From the NCBI GenBank assembly GCA_964454175.1, contig CAYVSA010000022.1, positions 1-18,143 of the forward strand: a stretch of 18,143 nt of DNA, given 5' to 3'. Positions 13,945 through 18,143 of the stretch are shown piece after piece. Under the pieces are notes generated by a model, which saw only the letters and a program-made list of their open reading frames with translations, was not told the origin of the DNA and made no database searches. The position numbers were made by a program, and so were the translations under genes. Numbering within the stretch: position 1 is the first letter of the stretch; every line of letters begins with the position of its first letter. This DNA is from an uncultured Pseudomonadota bacterium. GTDB lineage: Bacteria; BMS3Abin14.

Positions 13945-16900
13945 CAGGACTTATCACGTTGGATGTTGGGTGTTGGACGTTGGACCGATCCTAACACACC
14001 AACCCACTTCACATTCAGGGTACACACACCGAGATCCTCTTCCACTATTCCCTTCAGTACATACGGTCGGTGGCGCGTGAGTTTTTTGCAGAACTTCCTG
14101 TATGCCTCAGGGAAGAAAGTGGCGTCGTAGATTGCCGTGGTGTCTTCGAAGGTAACGAACTCCATGGGTTTACCGTTTTTTGTGCTCACAACCTTGGCCG
14201 TCACCCACCAGCCGACAGTTGTTATTCGTCGTCCCGTATGCTGTTTCAGCTCTGATGCAGGTACCGGTTTGAGTTTTTCAACTTCCTCTGTGTGAAGGTC
14301 CAGGGGGTGGCGTGATACGAGCATGTCCAGGGTTTCCAGTTCCTGGCGAAGCAGCGTTTTTTCGTCGTATGCAGGCGGTTCGGGCAGGTCATCGATCTGC
14401 TCATCGAACAAGTCGGGCTCCCTGTCTCCTGATCCATGTGATGAAGCCAGTATCTTCCACATAAGAGCCGGCCTGCTGTCGGCACCGTCTGTTTTGTCGA
14501 AGCAGCCGGCCCTGACGAGAAGTTTGAGGTCGGACGGGCCAAGAGCGGTTCGCCTCGCGAGATCGTCGAAGTCCACAAAGGGCCCGTTTTTCTCCCGCTC
14601 GGCGAGGATGAGATCTGAGGCTTTCAACTTCAAGTCCTGTATCTGCATGAAGCCGATCCTGATGGATTTTCCGGCGCCTGTGTAGTGAAAGCCGCTTTCG
14701 TTGATATCAGGGCCCATGACAGAAAGTCCCATGCGCCTTGCCTCGGAGAGGTAGGCGAAGGCAGAGTAGAACCCTCCCTGGTTAGAGATCACTGCAGCCA
14801 TGAACTCTGCAGGGTGGTTTGCCTTGAGGTAGGCGGATTTGCAGCTCACCAGGGCGTAGGAAGCCGAGTGGGGTTTGCAGAACGAGTAACCCCCGAAGGA
14901 GAGGATCTGATCCCAGGCTTTTGAGAGCACTTGTGTACTCACGCACTTTTTTTCGCCGCCCTCGAAGAACATCCTGCGGTAGTCTTCCAGTTTGCGCCCT
15001 TTGTGTTTCTTGCTGATTATCTTTCGCAGCTGGTCGCCGTGGTAGGGGGAAAAATCGGCAATGGCCATGGCCATCTGCGTGATGTGCTCCTGGTAGATGG
15101 CGATCCCGTAGCTCTCGGACAGGACCTCCTCAAGGAGAGGGTGAAGAGCTCTGTAGGGTTTGCCCCGCATGCGGGCTACGAACTCCCGTATGAAGGCATT
15201 TGCTGCCGGCCGGATTATCGAAGAGGCCATTACCAGGTGCTCGAACATGTCTACCTCCAGGGTACGGGCCGCGGGTTCCTGCCCCCACATCCGGGCCAGA
15301 AGCTGCCGTGTTGCCGGGGATTCGATGTAGAAGCAGCCCATGGTGTTTCCCCTTCGGATGAGGCTGCGGGTCCTCTCGTCCTCAAGGGGATCGAGCTGAG
15401 CATAGTCCACTTCGATACCGGTGTTCTTTCTGACTGCAACGATAGCGTCCCTTATGACCGCCAGGGAGCGGTTTCCCAGGATGTCTATCTTGACCAGGCC
15501 AGAAGCTTCCGTCTGGTCCTTCTCCCACTGGATGACCGGCAGTCCCTTGGCCGAAGTCTCCACCGGGACGAAGTCCCTGATCCGGTCCGGTACGATGACG
15601 AGGCCGCCGCAGTGCAGTGAGAGGTGGCGTAGTTTCCCCGTGAGCCTTTTTGCCAGAGTTATGATTTTCTCCCAATCCTTTCCCAGTTTCTCCCCGGCGA
15701 ACAGGGGATGGGAACTTATCCTCTCTTCGGTCTGGTGGGGTTTGAGGTATCCGGAGAGGCGGCGAGTGACGTGCTTTATCTCCCCCTCAGGGACACCGAA
15801 GACTTTTGCGACCTCCCTCACCGCGCCGCGGGCGCCGAACCCAACCTGGTTGGCCACCATGGCAGCTCTCTTCGCCCCGTACTTTGACAGTGCAAAATCC
15901 AGTATCTCGTCCCGTTCGTCCCAGGGAAAATCGATGTCTATGTCGGGGGGGTCCACCCGGCCCGGATTGAGGAATCGCTCGAAAAACAGGTTGTGTTTGA
16001 TCGGATCCACGTGTGTTATCCCCAGACAGTATGAAACCAGGGACGCCGCGGCGCTTCCCCTTCCGCAGGTCCTGGGTGAGCGCCTGGCAAGCTCTTCCAC
16101 CACCAGGAAATAGTGGGAAAAGCCCTTTTCGCTAATGATCGCAAGCTCCTTATTCAAACGGCCGTCGACGGCATCGTTTATTGAACCGAACCTCGCGATG
16201 GCCCCCTCCCTGGAGCGCCTCTTTAGTTCTGCGAAGGCCTCCTCGTCTGAAAAACCCCTGAAGGCCGGGAAGACGGTTTCGGAAAAATCCCAGTCGGTCT
16301 GGCACATCTTGGCGATAAGAACGGTATTGCTGACCGCTTCAGGGCAGTGAGGATAATAATCGGCCATGGCCTCTGGAGAGCGCAAAAAGTCAGCATCACA
16401 GGCGGTATCGGCTCCGTTTAATCTGGAGAGTTTCGTGTTCAGAGATATTGCCCTCAGGACCCTGTGTGTATCAATGTCTTCAGGGTTCAGGAAGACAGCC
16501 CTGGCCGTGGCAGCCGGAGGCAGCCCCAGTGTCCTGGATGCGGCAAGGGCCCGGTGCATGTTGTGTCCGGCAGACAGCTCCACGAAGAGCCTGTCAGGTG
16601 AGTTTCGTTTGAGAAAAGCGAGCAGGCCCTTCTCGTCGCTTAAGACGATCAAGCCCTCCCTCCGGGAGGCTATCAGGGCTGGAAGTTCAGGGTCCTCGTA
16701 GCTGTGGATGTCAGAGAGGATGTGGCAGAGGTTGGAATACCCGGCCGGACCGCTCGCTAAAAGAACGGCCCTTGACCTTTCCGTGACTGCCTCGGCACCG
16801 ATTATTGGTTTTACACCCTCTTGTCTGGCGACTTCGAGAAAATGGGGTATGCCGTACACCCCGTTCCTGTCGGTTACCGCTATGCGGTCCATGCCCATGC

Positions 16901-16991
16901 TGACAGAGGCGCGACATATATCTGTGGGGTCCATTACCCCCCAGGCGGGTGAAAAGGAGGATTGGACGTTGAGGTGGACGAACTTACTCAT
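13944..16991 (-). CDS. dnaE2: Error-prone DNA polymerase III alpha subunit (DnaE2-type), 1015 aa
   Basis: GRGSAAASLVSYCLGIT, LFFERFLNPGR, catalytic PDIDIDF and KIDILG, SLHCGG, YSFCKPHS, C-terminal OB fold (FVTFEDTT). PHP metal ligands are degenerate. It lies 6 bp downstream of an ImuB-like gene. Confidence 0.9.
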   Translation of the reverse strand: MSKFVHLNVQSSFSPAWGVMDPTDICRASVSMGMDRIAVTDRNGVYGIPHFLEVARQEGVKPIIGAEAVTERSRAVLLASGPAGYSNLCHILSDIHSYEDPELPALIASRREGLIVLSDEKGLLAFLKRNSPDRLFVELSAGHNMHRALAASRTLGLPPAATARAVFLNPEDIDTHRVLRAISLNTKLSRLNGADTACDADFLRSPEAMADYYPHCPEAVSNTVLIAKMCQTDWDFSETVFPAFRGFSDEEAFAELKRRSREGAIARFGSINDAVDGRLNKELAIISEKGFSHYFLVVEELARRSPRTCGRGSAAASLVSYCLGITHVDPIKHNLFFERFLNPGRVDPPDIDIDFPWDERDEILDFALSKYGAKRAAMVANQVGFGARGAVREVAKVFGVPEGEIKHVTRRLSGYLKPHQTEERISSHPLFAGEKLGKDWEKIITLAKRLTGKLRHLSLHCGGLVIVPDRIRDFVPVETSAKGLPVIQWEKDQTEASGLVKIDILGNRSLAVIRDAIVAVRKNTGIEVDYAQLDPLEDERTRSLIRRGNTMGCFYIESPATRQLLARMWGQEPAARTLEVDMFEHLVMASSIIRPAANAFIREFVARMRGKPYRALHPLLEEVLSESYGIAIYQEHITQMAMAIADFSPYHGDQLRKIISKKHKGRKLEDYRRMFFEGGEKKCVSTQVLSKAWDQILSFGGYSFCKPHSASYALVSCKSAYLKANHPAEFMAAVISNQGGFYSAFAYLSEARRMGLSVMGPDINESGFHYTGAGKSIRIGFMQIQDLKLKASDLILAEREKNGPFVDFDDLARRTALGPSDLKLLVRAGCFDKTDGADSRPALMWKILASSHGSGDREPDLFDEQIDDLPEPPAYDEKTLLRQELETLDMLVSRHPLDLHTEEVEKLKPVPASELKQHTGRRITTVGWWVTAKVVSTKNGKPMEFVTFEDTTAIYDATFFPEAYRKFCKKLTRHRPYVLKGIVEEDLGVCTLNVKWVGVLGSVQRPTPNIQRDKS
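13956..13983. repeat. Heptamer tandem repeat (ACGTTGG ATGTTGG GTGTTGG ACGTTGG) in the last codons of dnaE2
   Basis: Four consecutive RYGTTGG units read directly from the sequence; on the minus strand they encode ..QRPTPNIQR.. Confidence 0.85.
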
Positions 16992-16997
16992 GAGCCT

Positions 16998-18143
16998 TTA
17001 CATCGTATCGGCGCGGCGCACTGCGTCGGCACCAAATTTAGATCTCACATTATCCAACGCTGCCTGGAGAGAAACTCCCGAAGCTTTACCCGGCAGGCGT
17101 CTTTCAAAAAGGTCGGTCTGGCCTGCGCACCGGTAGACCCTGTGACAGTCGAACCTCATCCCGCGCACCCTGACACGTCTTGTACAGACAGACTCGAAGA
17201 GATTTTCAGCTGCCCAGGTCATCGCGCTGTCGGAATTTTCGGGAGTTTTGAAGTTGAAGGTTCGGTTTGCGGAAATACCGTCAGAGAAGTGGACCGTCAA
17301 TCTGACCGTGGCAGCCGCCTTCCCCATGGACCTCAACCGGAAAGCACACCTCTCGGCGATCCTTGACAGCTCTGCTGAAAGGACTCTGTCGTCGTTGTCT
17401 TCAAGCGCCATGAAGGCCTCTTCGCAGACGGACTCCTCCCGTTGGGGCGGCTTTACCGGTGTGGGGTCGATGCCTGAAGCGCGCTGATGCAGCAGGGGTG
17501 CGTAGTTTCCGAAGACCAGCTTCAACTGCGCTGCCTTGAGGGCGGCAACCTGTCCGACGAGGTGAATATTCAGGTCGGACAGGAGGATGTTTTCCCTGGT
17601 TATGCCGATACCGGGGAGGACGGATACGTGCATGGGGGAGATGAACTGGGCCTCGCTTCCCCTCAGGACATCGCAGATACCGGGCGTTTCCAGGCAGTCG
17701 GAAGCGATCTTCGATACAAGCTTGCTGCCGGCGACCCCTGCCGTCCCTTTCAGTTTAAGGCTGTCATTAACCTCCCTGTCCAGGCGCATGGCAATGTCCC
17801 TGCCCGGCCCGTACAATCGGCCGCACCCCGTCATGTCCAGGAAAATACGCCCGTTCGGGGCTGGTTCCCAGAGGGGAGTGTAGTGTTTAGAAAGGTCCGC
17901 GAGCTTTTGCATGCCGGCAGACACGAGACCGGGATTGGGAAGAAGCAGGTTCAGTCCCGGACAGAGACGCACCGCCCTGTAGACGGGCATGCCCTCGCGG
18001 ACGCCGTCGGCCCTGGCCTCAGCCGACACGCACTGTAGAAGGGCCCGTTCCGAGTTGCCGGGCGCAACCGCTACCGGCCTCTGGCGCAGAGAAGGTTCGA
18101 TCACCCTTGCAAGGGTGATGGGGAAAGAAGGTATCGAAAAGTG
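16998..18143 (-). CDS. imuB: Y-family DNA polymerase homolog lacking catalytic residues (ImuB-like, DinB architecture); 5' end lies outside the window
   Basis: The frame is open from the window edge: HFSIPSFPITLARVIEPSLRQRPVAV aligns with DinB H.DMDAF.ASVE....P.L.G.PVAV. Also S.EARADGVREGM, GVAGSKLVSKIAS, LPGIG, a little-finger region, and QTDLF followed by ALDNVRSKFG. The SxDE motif reads APNGRIFLD. Confidence 0.85.
   Translation of the reverse strand, partial: HFSIPSFPITLARVIEPSLRQRPVAVAPGNSERALLQCVSAEARADGVREGMPVYRAVRLCPGLNLLLPNPGLVSAGMQKLADLSKHYTPLWEPAPNGRIFLDMTGCGRLYGPGRDIAMRLDREVNDSLKLKGTAGVAGSKLVSKIASDCLETPGICDVLRGSEAQFISPMHVSVLPGIGITRENILLSDLNIHLVGQVAALKAAQLKLVFGNYAPLLHQRASGIDPTPVKPPQREESVCEEAFMALEDNDDRVLSAELSRIAERCAFRLRSMGKAAATVRLTVHFSDGISANRTFNFKTPENSDSAMTWAAENLFESVCTRRVRVRGMRFDCHRVYRCAGQTDLFERRLPGKASGVSLQAALDNVRSKFGADAVRRADTM

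Noticed and set aside
4297-18038. Many long + strand ORFs (e.g. 4297..5025, 4991..5602, 7107..7871, 12360..12974, 14931..15620, 15421..16113, 17487..18038)
   Set aside because: All lie antisense to well-supported minus-strand genes and show no recognisable motifs; typical shadow ORFs.
1-18143. Mobile element, prophage, tRNA/rRNA or riboswitch
   Set aside because: No transposase, integrase or phage motifs, terminal inverted repeats or RNA-gene signatures were seen. Intergenic gaps are short and largely explained by promoters and repeats.

Overview
This is an 18 kb bacterial window, probably from a diderm, and every credible gene is on the minus strand. Read in the direction of transcription (right to left) it has four modules. 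(1) A damage-inducible-type mutagenesis pair: a 5'-truncated Y-family polymerase lacking its catalytic acidic residues (ImuB-like), followed by a DnaE2-type Pol III alpha. (2) A fatty-acid beta-oxidation operon (acyl-CoA dehydrogenase, FadI-type thiolase, FadJ-type multifunctional enzyme) with its own sigma70-like promoter and a palindromic putative operator. (3) A two-component pair: a multi-TM HisKA_3 kinase with an extracytoplasmic PDZ-like domain, and a NarL/LuxR regulator. (4) A tightly packed operon of at least seven genes that all encode signal-peptide proteins. It includes a CsgG-family protein and a stand-alone PASTA-domain protein that the ORF track missed. The 200-bp spacer upstream of module 4 holds a candidate -10 box, a CCCCC-N4-GGGGG palindrome at about -42, G-tract repeats and heptamer repeats. 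The best candidate for an undescribed system is modules 3+4: a PDZ-sensor-controlled envelope/export operon built around a CsgG-like protein without any curli genes. All family assignments are by eye from motifs; no database search was run.
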